Shown: positions 1 through 12,280, counted from the first letter of the stretch. The stretch is DNA of 64,000 nt from Heptranchias perlo (GCF_035084215.1 NW_027139453.1:8680001-8744000); one strand, 5' to 3'. Notes: generated by a model not told the origin, from the letters alone. A program made the numbers and translations.

Positions 1-100
1 TGGTTTCACCGCCAATCGAACGAATGACCACCAGTTCAACCTGGAGACCTCTGGCCTGCGGGCGAATCAGTCGGCCGTGTATTACTGCGCGTGGATTCTA
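1..100 (+). CDS. TRBV: TCR V segment V1 (TRBV30-like), 3' part only; truncated by window edge
   Basis: Reads GFTANRTNDHQFNLETSGLRANQSAVYYCAWIL, paralogous to the full V exons downstream; followed by an RSS. Confidence 0.85.
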
Positions 101-139
101 CACAGTGACTCAGAGAGATCGAGCAGTTTAACAAAAAAA
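101..139 (+). other. 23-bp spacer RSS of V1
   Basis: CACAGTG (101-107), 23-nt spacer, ACAAAAAAA (131-139; near-consensus nonamer). Confidence 0.9.
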
Positions 140-239
140 CCCAAACTGGCAGGAAACACGCTGGAGACACAAAACCGCGCGTCGCCTCGGCACCTGTTTT
201 TTTTTTTGCAGAGCAAACGTGTATTGGACAAGAAGATGA

Positions 240-690
240 GACGAGTTAGAATGAAGTGAGAGATTAGATATTGAGGCACTGGAGAACGTGCGATAAAGAT
301 TTACCGGCGTGATGCTAGATCTGAGAGGTTAAAACTATCAGGAAAGCTTGAACAGACTGGTGCTAAGTGATGACCTGATAGAGCTCGTTAAAATTATGAA
401 AGGCACTGATAGGGTATACGCAGGGAACATGTTTATACTTGTGGGGGGACCAGAAGTAGCGACCAAAGATATAAAATAGCCATTAATTAATCCAAAGGGA
501 ATTCAGGAGAAACGTCTTTACCCAGAGACTGATTGGAATGTGGATCTCGCCACAAAAGGGAGTGGTTGAGGCGAACAGCATAAATGCTTTTCAACTGAAG
601 GTGGAAGGCAGGAATCGACGGACATGCTGATAGGGTGAAATTAAATAATGTGGGAGGACTCTCGTGTGCAGCTTAAACACAAGCATGTTT
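240..690 (+). mobile_element. Old CR1-like LINE 3' fragment, repeated downstream of each V as part of the duplication unit
   Basis: Paralogous copies encode decayed RFTGMIRELRGYNYQESLNRLGLFSLEKRRLRDDL (CR1 ORF2 C-terminus) at ~1.7, 4.5, 7.4, 8.75, 22.1, 24.9 and 29.1 kb. Confidence 0.75.
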
Positions 691-719
691 ATCTAACGGG
701 CTTGGTTGAGGCCATCGTT

Positions 720-994
720 GTCCAATAGCTACTAGACACATGTGGCAAATTGGGGATCCAGATGTGGTTAATTTCATAACTGATTGTAAATACAAAATAT
801 TTAATTTCCCCATTAGCAACCACATTGATTCTAATTGGTTGAACGGGGAAATTGGGCGTGTCCAACCCTGCGTCACTTGCTTATTCTCTTCATGCTTTCC
901 TGAATGATTTGAAAAGGGCGGGTTGGCTCCTCAAAAGACTCACCGCTGCTGTTCTCGCTCCTTTCCTTATTAAGAGCGAAGCTTAAAGTAAAAG
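720..994 (+). promoter_or_regulatory. V-gene promoter, conserved upstream of each V
   Basis: CCAAT 722-726, palindromic E-box CACATGTG 737-744, RUNX-type TGTGGTT 763-769 and AACCACA 818-824, GC box GGGCGG 916-921, TATA-like TATTAA 968-973; block recurs before the leaders at 3796, 6602, 17251, 24177, 28408. Confidence 0.7.
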
Positions 995-1543
995 ATGAAT
1001 CTGTTCCTGGGCCTGATCATCTTGATTCACCGTAAATTATGTTTTCAAACCATAATCCTTGTTGATAACATTTCATAACGTTTCATTTCTTTATTTATTT
1101 ATTTCTAACTTTCGCTCTATTTGTTCTACACTCTATCTATTTTTATTTCTCTCTTTCTTTCTTTCTCCCTTTCTCTCTTTCTCCCTTTTCCCATTTCCTC
1201 GAATGTCCCTATTTAATGATATCCTCCTCTCCCTTCATCTTTCTCAGACGTGAACTCGCAGACGATCAACCAGACGCCCTTCGCTGTCTCCAAATTCCCT
1301 GAGGACGGAGTGAAACTGAAGTGCACGGTGGAGGGCACCAGTAACCCTGACATGTATTGGTACAGACAATACCCGGGGAAGAAGCCAGAGTTTATGTTTC
1401 ACTCCGGGGGTACCAATCACGTGAGACCAGAGGAGAAGGCGGACGGTTTTACCGCTAAGCGACCAAATGGCGACAAGTTATACCTGGAGAGCTCCAGCCT
1501 GCGGGCGAATCACTCAGCCGTGTATTACTGCGCCTGGAGTCTG
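995..1543 (+). CDS. TRBV: TCR V segment V2 (TRBV30-like), apparently functional; leader exon 995-1031, V exon 1248-1543
   Basis: Leader MNLFLGLIILIH + phase-1 GT..AG intron; V exon VNSQTINQTP..LKCTVEGTSNPDMYWYRQ..SAVYYCAWSL is open, with both Cys and the conserved Trp. Confidence 0.92.
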
Positions 1544-1582
1544 CACAGTGACTCAGAGAGATCGAGGAGTTTAACAAAAACC
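1544..1582 (+). other. 23-bp spacer RSS of V2
   Basis: Consensus CACAGTG + 23 nt + ACAAAAACC. Confidence 0.95.
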
Positions 1583-3795
1583 CCAAAGTGGCAGAAAACA
1601 CGCTTGTGACACAAAAACGCGCGTCGCCTCGACCTGTTGTTTTATTTTGCAGAGCAAACGTGCATTTGAAAGAATATGAGACAAGTTAGAATAAACGTGA
1701 GAAATTAGACATAGAGACACTGGAGAAGGTGCGATATAGATTTACAGGTATGATACGAGAACTGGGAGTTTATAATTATCAGGAAAGCTTGAACAGGCTG
1801 GGGCTCTATTCTTTAGAGAAGCGAAGGCTGAGAGATGGCCTGGTAGAGTTCATTAAAAATATGAAAGGGACTGATAGGGTAGACGAAGAGAACTTGTTTC
1901 CAAATATGGGGGAGACCAGAAGTAGAGACCAAATACGTCATATAGTCATTAATTAATCCAAAGGGATTTAAGGAGAAACTTTTTGACCCAAAGAGATGTT
2001 AGAATGTGGAACTCGCACTAAAAGGAGTAATTGAGGCGAACAGCAAAGATGCATTTAAGGGGAAGTTAGGTAAGTACATGCGAAAGAAAGGAATCGAAGC
2101 ATATGCTTATAGGGTGAGATGAATAATGTGAAGCTTAAACACAAGCATAGTCCTGTTGGGCCGAATGACCTGTTTCTATGCTGTTCATTCTATGTAATTT
2201 GAGTGATGAGCAGGAAAACAAACAGTATGGGAATGATCTGTGAATTTTGGAAAATATTCCTGGGTGAGGGAGGTAGATGTGGGATCAATGCAGGAATAAA
2301 TGTGGGAACGCGATTGGACCTCATGTTCTTTTCTACACTTTGTCGCCGTTCCTGTTGGTCGGTATGTAAAGTCACATAGAGGCCTTTGGGTCTGGAGCAG
2401 CATTGGAGATGCTACAAATCAAGTGTCGAATACAGGCGGGATGGGAGGAAATTGAAAGCGAGGATTGAAGAAATACCGATTCAAAGAAAGTAAAAAGTCT
2501 TTTATATTTTCATCCAAAAACTGTGTTCCCTTTCTCCGAGACGACAGCAGAGGGCGTTCTATGCGCATGAAACACAGCAGCGGCTTGAACATAATTGAAT
2601 TGGAAAAGGAGTCGGCCGCTCAGCCATTCGTGCTTGTCACATAGTCAGAGGCAGAGGACATTCAACCCATCGATCCTGTTAAATAGGAACAGGAGGAGGC
2701 CATTCAATTCCAACGACTGTGTTCCGCAATTCAATTTGTTCATGGCTGATCTGTGCCTCAACTTCATTTCCCCACCATATCCCTCGACACCCTCACCCAG
2801 CAATAATCTATCAATCTCAGTCTTGCAAGCTCCAATTTACACCCCGCGTCCACAGCTTTTTGGGGCAGAAAGTTCCGGATTTCCATTACCCATTGTGTGA
2901 AGAAGTCTTACTGACTTCACCCCTGAACCGCCTTGGTCTAAGTTTAAGGTGACCCCTTCTTCTGGACTCCCCAGTCAGGAAATGGTTTCTTTCTATTTAC
3001 AATTTCAAATCCTTTAATCATCTTAAACACCTCAATTAGATCACTGCTTAATCCTCTATATTCCATGGAAAAGAAGCTAAGTGTATGCCAACTGACCTCA
3101 TAATTTGACCCACGAAGCCACGGTACCATTCTGTTGAATGAGCTGTGCACCCGTTCCAAGGCCAATAGATCCTTCCCCGCTCAGGTGCCCGGATCTGAAG
3201 ACAGCACTCCAGATGAAGTTTGCACAAGGCTGTCTAAAACTTCAGTATAACTAACACCCCTTTGTATTCCAGTCCCCTTGAGATGAAGGCCAACATTCTA
3301 TTGGCCTTTTCACTTATTATATGTATCTGTCCATGAGTTTTAGTGATTTCAATCCCTGGACCCCTCAATTTCGCTGCTCCTCCACAGTTCATATCTTCTC
3401 AGGGAGGAGTGGGGCTGTCAATCAGAGAGGGAGGGCGGGGCGTGTCCAAACCTGCATCTCTTCCAGATACTGTTGTACGATCTGCATCTCGTTATCTAAC
3501 GGTTGGTTTCGGCCAGCGTTGTCCAATAGCCGCTAGCCACACGTGGCAAATTGGGCATCCAGATGTGGTTAATTGCATAACTGATGGTAAATACAAAGTA
3601 AGTAATTTCGTCATTCGGAACCACGTTGATTCTAATTGGCTGAATCGGGAAAGGGGGCGTTTCCAAACCTGCATCACTTCCTTATTCTCGTCATGCTTTC
3701 CTGAATGATTCGAAAAGGGCGGGTTGGCTCCTCACAAGACTCACCACTGCTGTTCTCGCTCCTTTCCTTATTAAGAGTGAAGCTTAAAGTAAAAG

Positions 3796-4348
3796 ATGAA
3801 TCTGTTACTGGGCCTGATCATCTTGATTGACCGCAAATTATTTTTTCAAACGACTATTCTTGTTAATAACAACTATTAACGTTTTCGATCGTTCTATCTT
3901 TACCTCTTTCTTTCATTCTTTCTCCGTTTCGCACATTCACTCCTTTACTCTTTTTCTCTTTTTCCATTTCTCTGTTTCTCTCTTTCTCCCTTTCCACATT
4001 TCCGCGAATGTCCCTATTTAATGATATCCTCCACTCCCCGTCTCTTTCCCAGATGTGAACTCGAAGACGATCAGCCAGATGCCCATCGCTGTCTCCAAAT
4101 TGCCTGGCGAGGGAGTGGAACTGAAGTGCACTATGGAGGGCACCAGTAACCCTGACTTGTAATGGTACAGACAATACCCGGGGAAGGAGCCAGAGTTTAT
4201 ATTTTACTCCGCGGGTACCAATCTCGTGAGTCCAGAGGAGAAGGTGGACGGTTTTACCGCCAAGCGACCAAATGGCAATAAGTTCAACCTGGAGACCTCC
4301 AGCCTGCGGGCGAATCACTCGGACGTTCATTACTGCGCCTGGAGTCTG
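3796..4348 (+). pseudogene. TRBV: TCR V pseudogene V3; leader 3796-3832, V exon 4053-4348
   Basis: GC instead of GT donor at 3833; in-frame TAA at 4160-4162 replacing the Tyr before WYRQ. Confidence 0.9.
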
Positions 4349-4387
4349 CACAGTGACTCAGTGAGTTGGAGCAGTTTAACAAAAACT
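4349..4387 (+). other. 23-bp spacer RSS of V3
   Basis: CACAGTG + 23 nt + ACAAAAACT. Confidence 0.9.
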
Positions 4388-6601
4388 CCAAAGTGGCAGG
4401 AAACACAGTTGTGACATAAAACCGCGCGTTGCCTCCACCTGGTGTTTTTTTTGCAGAACAAACGTGTTTTTGACAAGAAGATGAGACGAGTTGGAATAAA
4501 CATGAGTGATTAGACATAGAGGCACTGGAGAAGGTTCGATAAAGATTTACAAGCATGATACGAGAACTGAGAGGTTATAACTATCTGGAAAGCTTGAATA
4601 GGCTGGGGCTCTTTTCTTTAGAGAAGCGAAGGCTGAGAAATGACCTGATAGAGTTCATTAAAATTAGGAAAGCGGCTTATAGGGTAGACGAAGAGAACTT
4701 GTTTCCACATGTGGGGGAGACCAGAAGTAGAGACCAAAATCATCACATAATCATTAATTAATTCAAAGGGATTTCAGGAGAAACTTCTTCATCCAAAGAG
4801 AGGTTAGAATGTGGAACTCGCCACTACAAGGAGTAGTTGAGGCGAACAGCAAAGATGCATTTAAGGGGAAGTTGGGTAAGTACATGAGGTAGAAAGGAAT
4901 CGACGGATATGCTTATAGGGTGAGATGAAATAATGTGGAGCTCAATCACAAACATAGTCCTATTGGGCCGAATGGCCTGATTCTGTGCTGTTGATTCTAT
5001 GTAATTAGAGTGATTATCAAGAATACAAACAGAATGGGAAAAATTTGTGAAATTTGGGAAATGATTCCTGGGTGAGGGAAGTAGATGTGGGATCAGTGCT
5101 GGAATAAATGTGGGAACGCATTTGAACCTCATGATCTTAACTAAACTTTATCGCTTTTCCTGTTGGCGCGTAAGTAAAGCGAGTGCCCAGTTTTACGTAG
5201 AGGCTTATCGGTCCTGAGCAGCATTAGAGATGCTACAAATCAAGTGTTAAATACAGGCGGGTTGGGCGAAAAGAGAAAAGGAGGAAGGAAGAAAGAAATA
5301 CAGATTCAAAGAAAGTAAGAAGCCTTTTGTGTTTTCATCGATTCACTTTGTTACCTTTCTCCAAGTAAACAGCAGAGGGCGGTCTAGGACCATGGAACAC
5401 AGCAGCGCCTTGAACCGAATTGAACTGGAAAAGGAGGAGGCCGTTCAGCCATTCGTTGTCGTCAATAATCACGAGCGGAGGACATTCAGCCAATTTTCCT
5501 GTTAAATAGGAACAGGGGGAGGCCATTCAATTCCCTCGACTCTGTTCCGCCATTCAATTTGTTGATGGCTAATCTGTACGTCAACTGCTTTTACCCGCCT
5601 TTGCTCCATATCCCTCGACACTCTCACTCAACCAAAATCTATCAATCTCAGTCTTGGAAGCTCCATTTGACACCCCGCGTCCACAGCTTTTTCGGGGAGA
5701 AAGTCCCAGATTTCCCTTTGTATGAAGAAGTCTTACTGACATCACGCCTGAACCGACTTGGTTTAAGTTTAAGGTGACCCCTTGTTCTGGAATACCTACC
5801 CAGTTAATGGTTTCTTTCTATCTCCCCTATCAAATCCTTTCATCATCTTAAACACCTCAATTATATCATCGCTTAAACTTCTATATTGCATGGAACACAC
5901 ACCAAGTGTATGCCAACTGTCTTCATAATTTACCCCACGAAGCCCCGGTACCATTCTGTTCAATGAGCTGTGCACCCTTTACCACGCCAATATATCCTTC
6001 TGAGCTCAGTTGCCGGGAACTGAACGCAGCATTCCAAATGGAGTCTGCGCAAGGCTGTCTAAAACTGCAGTATAAATACCACCCCTTTGTATTCCAGTCC
6101 CTTTGAGATGAAGGCCAACATTCAATTGGCCTTTTCACTTATTTTATGTATCTGTCCATGAGTTCAAGTGATTTCTGTTGCTGGAAACCTCAATCTCGCT
6201 GCCTTCTCAGGGAGGGGTCAGGCTTTTCATCAGAGAAGGAGGGGCTGGGGTGCCAATCAATGAAGGAGGCCTGGCGTATGCAAACTGCATCACTTCCTGA
6301 TATTGTTGCACGATCTGCATCTCGTTATCCAATAGCCGCTAGCCACATGTGGCAAATTGGGAATCCAGATGTGGTGAATTGCATAACTGATTGTAAATAC
6401 AAAATATATCATTTCGTCATTAGCAACCACATTGATTCTAATTGTTTCAACCGGGAAAGGGGGCGTGTCCAACCCTCCATTATTTCCTTATTCTCTTCAT
6501 GTTTTCCTGAATGATTTGAAAAGGGCGGGTTGGCTCCTCACAAGACTCACCGCTGCTGTTATCGCTCCTTTCCTGATCAAGAGTGAAGCTTAACGTAAAA
6601 G

Positions 6602-7178
6602 ATGAATCTGTTACTGGGCCTGGTCATCTTGATTCACCGTAATTTATTTTTTCAAAACATTATTCTTGTTAATAATATTTATTGACGTTTTCGATCGATT
6701 TTTCTTCCCCTCATTCTTTTCTTGTTTCTCCAATTCGTTCTTTCTCTCCTTTACTCTTTCTATCTTTCTCTATTTCCCTGTTTCTCTCTATCTTTTGTTC
6801 CCTCTTTCTGTCTTCCTCCCTTTCCCTATTTCCCCGAATGTCCCTATTTAATGATATCCATCTCTCCCCGTCTCGTTCACAGACACGAACTCGAAGAGGA
6901 TCCGCCAGACGCCCGCCGCTGTCTCCAGATTTCCTGCGGAGGGAGTGGAACTGAAGTGCACGGTGGAGGGAACCAGTAACCCTGACATGTATTGGTACAG
7001 AAAATACCAGGGGAAGGAACTAGAATTTATGTTTTACTCCACGGGTACCAATCACGTGGATCCAGTGGCGAAGGTGGACGGTTTTACCGCCAAGCGAACG
7101 AATAACTACCAGTTCAAGCTGGAGACTTCCAGCCTGCGGGCGAATCAGTCGGCCGTGTATTACTGCGCCTGGAGTCTG
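6602..7178 (+). CDS. TRBV: TCR V segment V4 (TRBV30-like), apparently functional; leader 6602-6638, V exon 6883-7178
   Basis: Leader MNLLLGLVILIH, GT-AG intron, open exon TNSKRIRQTP..CTVEGTSNPDMYWYRK..SAVYYCAWSL. Confidence 0.9.
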
Positions 7179-7217
7179 CACAGTGACTCACAGAAATCGA
7201 GGAGTTTAACAAAAACC
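7179..7217 (+). other. 23-bp spacer RSS of V4
   Basis: CACAGTG + 23 nt + ACAAAAACC. Confidence 0.95.
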
Positions 7218-7842
7218 CCAAAGTGGGCAGGAAACACCTGTTTGACATAAAGCCGTGGGTCGCTTCGACCTGTTGGTTTCTTTTGCAGAGCAAATGTGTT
7301 TTTGACAAGAAGATGAGACGAGTTTGAATAAGCGTGAGAGATTGGATATAGATGCATTGGAGGGTGTGCATTAAATATTTACAAGAATGATACGAGAACT
7401 GAGAGGTTATAACTATCAGGAAAGTATGAACAGGCGGGGGCTCTTTTCTTTAGAAAAACGAAGGCTGAGAGATGACCTGATAGAGTTCATTAAAATCATG
7501 AAAGGGACTGATAAGGTAGACGTACGGAACATGTTTACACTTGTGGGGGAGACCAGAAGGAGGGACCTTAAATATTTCATAGACATTAATTAATCCAAAT
7601 GGAATCCAGGAGAAACTTCTTTACCCAGAGAGTGGTTAGAATGTGGAACTCGATGCTACAAGTATTAATTGGGGCGAACAGCATAGATGAATTTAAGGGG
7701 AAGGTAGATAAATACATGAGAAAGAAAAGAATAGACGGATATGCTGCTAGGGTGAGATGCTAATAATGTGAGACGAGACTCCTGTACATCATAAACACAA
7801 GCATAGATCAGTTGGGATGAATGGCCTGCTTCTGCGCTGTTC

Positions 7843-8660
7843 ATAGAAACACAGAAAGGTTACTGCACGGAAAGAGGCCATTTGGCCCATAATGTCCCCG
7901 CCTGTACTATGCAAGAGCAATCCAGCAAGTTCCACTTTCGCGCCCTATCCCTGTAACCCTGCATTTTTTTCCTTTCAAGTACTTTTCCAGTTCCCTTTGG
8001 AAGAAGATGATTGAATCTGCCTCTACCATTCCCTCGGGCAGTGCATTCCAGAATCTAATCATTCGCTCTGTAAAAACGTTTTTCCTTATTTCACATTTGA
8101 TTCTTTTGCCAATCGCCTTAAATGACTATCCTCTGGTTGTTTACCATTCCGCCATTGGGAACAGTTTCTCGCTATCTACTCTCTCTAGACCCTTCATGAT
8201 GTTGAATACCTCTATCAAATCTCCTCTCAAACGTCTCTGTTCCAAGGAGAACAACCCCAGCTTGTCCAGTCTATCCATGAAGTCCCTCATCCCTGGAATC
8301 ATTCTGGTAAATCTTTTCTGCAACCTCTCTAAGGCCTTGACATTTTTCCTAAAGTGTGGCGCCCTGAACGGGACACAATACTCCAGTTGTGACTGAACCA
8401 GTGTTTTATTAAGATTCATCAAAACTTCCTCACTTTTGTACTCTAAGCCTCTATTTATAAAAACCCAGGATCTCGTATGCTTTAATAACCGCTTTCTCAA
8501 CCTGCCCTGCAACCTTCAACGATTTGTGCACACACACCCCCAGATCTCTGTGTGCCTGTACCCCGTTTAGAATTGTGCCCTCTAGTTTATATTGCCTCTC
8601 TTCGTTCTTCCGAATGAAATGCATCACTTCGCATTTTCTGCGTTTAATTTCAGCTGCCAT
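7843..8660 (-). mobile_element. 5'-truncated, decayed CR1 LINE fragment
   Basis: Minus-strand ORFs 8141-8512 and 8451-8660 match CR1 ORF2 C-terminus (LEYCV, LERLQKRFTRMIPG, RRLRGDLIEV). Confidence 0.8.
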
Positions 8661-9905
8661 GTTGGGCTTTTTTGCAGAGCGAAGGTATATTTGATATAAA
8701 CAAGAGGCGAGTTGGGATAAAAGTGAGAGATTAGAAATAGAGGCACTGGAGAAGGTGCAACAAAGACTTACGAGGATGACACCAGAACTGGAAGGTTATA
8801 ACTATCAGGAAAGACTGCACAGGCTGGGGCTCGTTTCTTTAGAAAAGCCAAGGCGTAGAGATGATTTGAAAGAGGTCATTAAAATTAAGACAGTGTTTGA
8901 TAGGGTAAACGTAGAGAGGATGTTTCCACTTGTGGGTGATCCCAGAACTCGGGAGCATAAATATAAAATAGTCACTAATTAATCCAAGAGGGAATTCAGC
9001 AGAAACTTATTTACCCAGAGAGAGGTTAGAATGTGAAACTCGCTACTACAAGGAGTAGTTGAGGCGCCTCGTAAAGATGCATTTAAGTGGAAGGTGGATA
9101 CGTACATGAGGGGGAAGGGATAGATGGATATGCTGATAGGATGAGATGAAATAATGTGGGAGGAGGCTCGTGTGGAGCATAAACACCAGCATAGGTCAGA
9201 TGGGCAGAATGTCCTGTTTCTGTGCTGTTCATTCCATGTAATTAGAGTGATGAGCAGGAATACAAACAGTATGGGAATGATCGGTCGGTGAATTTTGGGG
9301 CACTGACTCCTGGGTGAGGGAGGTAGATGTCGGATCAGTGCAGGAATAAATGGGGGGAACGCGATTGGACCTCGTGGTCTTTTCTACACTTTGTCGCTGT
9401 TCCTGTTGGCGGGTAAGTAAAGCGAGCGCCCGATGTCACATCGAGGCTTTTGGGTCTCGTGCAGTATTAGAGATCCTGCAAAGAAAATGTTAATTACAGG
9501 CGGGATGGGCGATAAGCGAAAGGGAGGAAGAAGGAAAGAAAGAAGAAAAGAAAGAATGTGTAGAATATTGCGTATTTATCCACTGACACTGTGTTTCCTT
9601 TCTGCACGAAGACAGTAGCGGGCGCTCTAGGATCATGAAACACTGCAGTGCCCGAAAGATAGTGGTACATTTACAGGAGGAGGCATTCAGCCCCTCAAGA
9701 CTGTTACATAGGAGCAAGCGGAGATAATTCAGACCCTCAACCCTTGTACACAGGTACAGAACGAGGCCATTCATCCCCTCGAACCGATAAATATGAACAG
9801 GTGGATGACATTCATTCCACAGACTCTGTTCCGACATTCAATCAGTTCCTGGATGATGTGCAGCTGAACTCCATTTACGGCCTTTGCTCCACATTCCTCG
9901 ATCCC

Positions 9906-11150
9906 ATTACATAGTAACGCAGGAACATAAGAACAGGAGTACGCCATTCAGCCCCTCGTGCCTGCTGCGACATTTGATAAGGTCATGGCTGATCTGCGTT
10001 CTAACTCCATATACCTGCCTTAGGCCCATATCCCTTAATACCTTTGGTTGCCAAAAAGCTATCTATCTCAGATTTAAATTTAGCAATTGAGCTAGTATCA
10101 ATTGCCGTTTGTGGAAGAGAGTTCCAAACTTCTACCACCTTTGAGTGAAGAAATGTTTTCTGATCTCACTCCTGAAATGCCTGGCTCTATTTTTTAGATT
10201 GTGCCCCCTAGAATCGCCAAACAGCGGAAATAGTTTATCTCCATCCGCCCAATCTGTTCCCCTTAATATTTTATAAACTTCGATCAGATCACCCCTGAAC
10301 CTTCTAAACTTTAGAGAATACAACCTCAATTTGTGTAATCTCTCCTCGTAACTTAATCCTTGAAGTCCGGGTATCATTCTAGTAAACCTACGCTGCACTC
10401 CCTCCAAGGACAACATGTCCTTCCGAAGGTTCAGTGCCCAGAACTGCTCACAGTACTCCAGGTGCGGTCTAACCAGGGTTTTGTATAGCTGCAGCATAAC
10501 TTCTGCCCCCTTGTATTCTAGTCCTCGAGATATAAAGGCCAGCATTCCATTAGCCTTATTGATTATTTTCAGCACCTGTTCATGAGACTTGAATGATCGA
10601 TGTACCTGAACCCCGAGGTCTCTTTGGACATCCACTGTTTTTAACTTTTTACCATTGGGAAAGTACCCTGTCCTATGCTTTTTTGATCCAAAGTGGATGA
10701 TCTCGCATTTGTCTACACGGAATTCCATTTGCCAAAGTTTGGCCCAATCAGCTAATCTATCAATATCGCTTTGTAATTTTATGTTTTCATCTACATGGCT
10801 TACAATGCCACCAATCTTTGTGTCATCGACAAACTTTGATATGTGACTTTCTATGCCTTCATCTAAGTCGTTAATAAATATTGTGAATAATTGAGGCCCC
10901 AAGACAGAACCCTGCGGACTCCACTCGTCACATCATGCCAATGTGAATACCGAGCCATTATCCCTACACTCTGTCGCTTTTCGCTCAACCAACTTCCTAC
11001 CCAAGTCCGGACTTTTCCCTCGATTCCTTGGGCTTCTATCTTAGCTAACAGTCTCTTATGTGGGACCTTATCAAATACCTTCTGGAAGTCCATCTAAATA
11101 ACATCCATTAACATTCTCCTCTCCACTACTTTAGTCACCTCTTCAAAAAT
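9906..11150 (-). mobile_element. 5'-truncated CR1 LINE (RT C-terminal half)
   Basis: ORFs 10863-11093 (DFQKVFDKVPH) and 10132-10902 (LFTIFINDL, SKFVDDTK); absent from the paralogous empty site near 26085. Confidence 0.88.
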
Positions 11151-11361
11151 CCAACAAAAATATATCAATCTCAGCCTTCAAAGCTCCAATTGACTCCCAG
11201 CATCCACGGGCTTTTGGGGGAGAGAGTTGCAGGTTTCCACTACCCATTGTGTAAAGAAGTCTTCCTGGCATCACCTGAATGGCCTTGGTTTAAGTTTAAA
11301 GTTCTGTCGCCTTGTGCTGGACTCCCAAACCAGAGGAAACGCTTTTATTCTATCAATCCAA

Positions 11362-12279
11362 TCCTCTTGTGGGATGTGGGAATTCAGGGCTCCTTCCTGT
11401 ATCCCTGATTCCTTCACCTGCGGGAAGTGTGTCCAGCTGCAGCTATTGTTTGACCGCTTGACGGCTCTGGAGCTGCGGATGGACTCACTTTGGAGCATCC
11501 GCGATGCTGAGAAAGTCGTGGATAGCACGTTCAGTGAGTTGGTCACACCGCAGATAAAAATTACTGAGGGAGATAGTGAATGGGTGACCAACAGACAGAG
11601 GAAGAGTAGGAAGGCAGTGCAGGGGTCCCCTGCGGTCATCTCCCTCCAAAACAGGTATACCGTTTTGGATACTGTTGGCGGAGATGGCTCACCAGGGGAA
11701 GGTGGCAGTGGCCAGGTTCATGGCACCGTGGCTGGCTCTGCTGCACAGGAGGGCAGGAAAAAGAGTGGCAGAGCTATAGTGATAGGGGACTCGATTGTAA
11801 GGGGAATAGACAGGCGTTTCTGCGGACGCAACCGAGACTCCAGGATGGTATGTTGCCTCCCTGGTGCAAGGGTCAAGGATGTCTCGGAGCGGCTGCAGGA
11901 CATTCTGGAGGGGGAGGGTGAACAGCCAGTTGTCGTGGTGCATATAGGCACCAACGACATAGGTAAAAAACAGGATGAGGTCCTACAAGCTGAATTTAGG
12001 GAGTTAGGAGTTAAACTAAAGAGTAGGACCTCAAAGGTAGTAATCTCAGGATTGCTACCAGTGCCACGGATTAGTCAGAGTAGGAATGACAGGATAGCTA
12101 AGATGAATACGTGGCTTGAGAGATGGTGCAAGAGGGAGGGATTCAAATTCCTGGCCCATTGGAACCGGTTCTGGGGGAGGTGGGACCAGTACAAATTGGA
12201 CGGTCTGCATCTGGGCAGGACTGGAACCAATGTCCTAGGGGGAGTGTTTGCTAGTGCTGTTGGGGAGGGTTTAAACTAA
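11362..12279 (+). CDS. CR1 ORF1p (zinc finger/leucine zipper + SGNH esterase), missing about its first 10 codons
   Basis: Motifs IGDS, PGA, HIGTND, DGLHL; near-identical to the ORF at 21050-21997; the ORF-track start at 11227 lies in flanking DNA. Confidence 0.85.
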   Translation, partial: SSCGMWEFRAPSCIPDSFTCGKCVQLQLLFDRLTALELRMDSLWSIRDAEKVVDSTFSELVTPQIKITEGDSEWVTNRQRKSRKAVQGSPAVISLQNRYTVLDTVGGDGSPGEGGSGQVHGTVAGSAAQEGRKKSGRAIVIGDSIVRGIDRRFCGRNRDSRMVCCLPGARVKDVSERLQDILEGEGEQPVVVVHIGTNDIGKKQDEVLQAEFRELGVKLKSRTSKVVISGLLPVPRISQSRNDRIAKMNTWLERWCKREGFKFLAHWNRFWGRWDQYKLDGLHLGRTGTNVLGGVFASAVGEGLN

Positions 12280-12280
12280 T

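Noticed and set aside
1544-1609. C-terminal extension HSDSERSRSLTKTPKW shared by V ORFs
   Set aside because: Read-through translation of the RSS, not coding sequence
1611-1619. Second nonamer-like ACAAAAACG downstream of the V2 RSS
   Set aside because: No heptamer at 12- or 23-nt spacing
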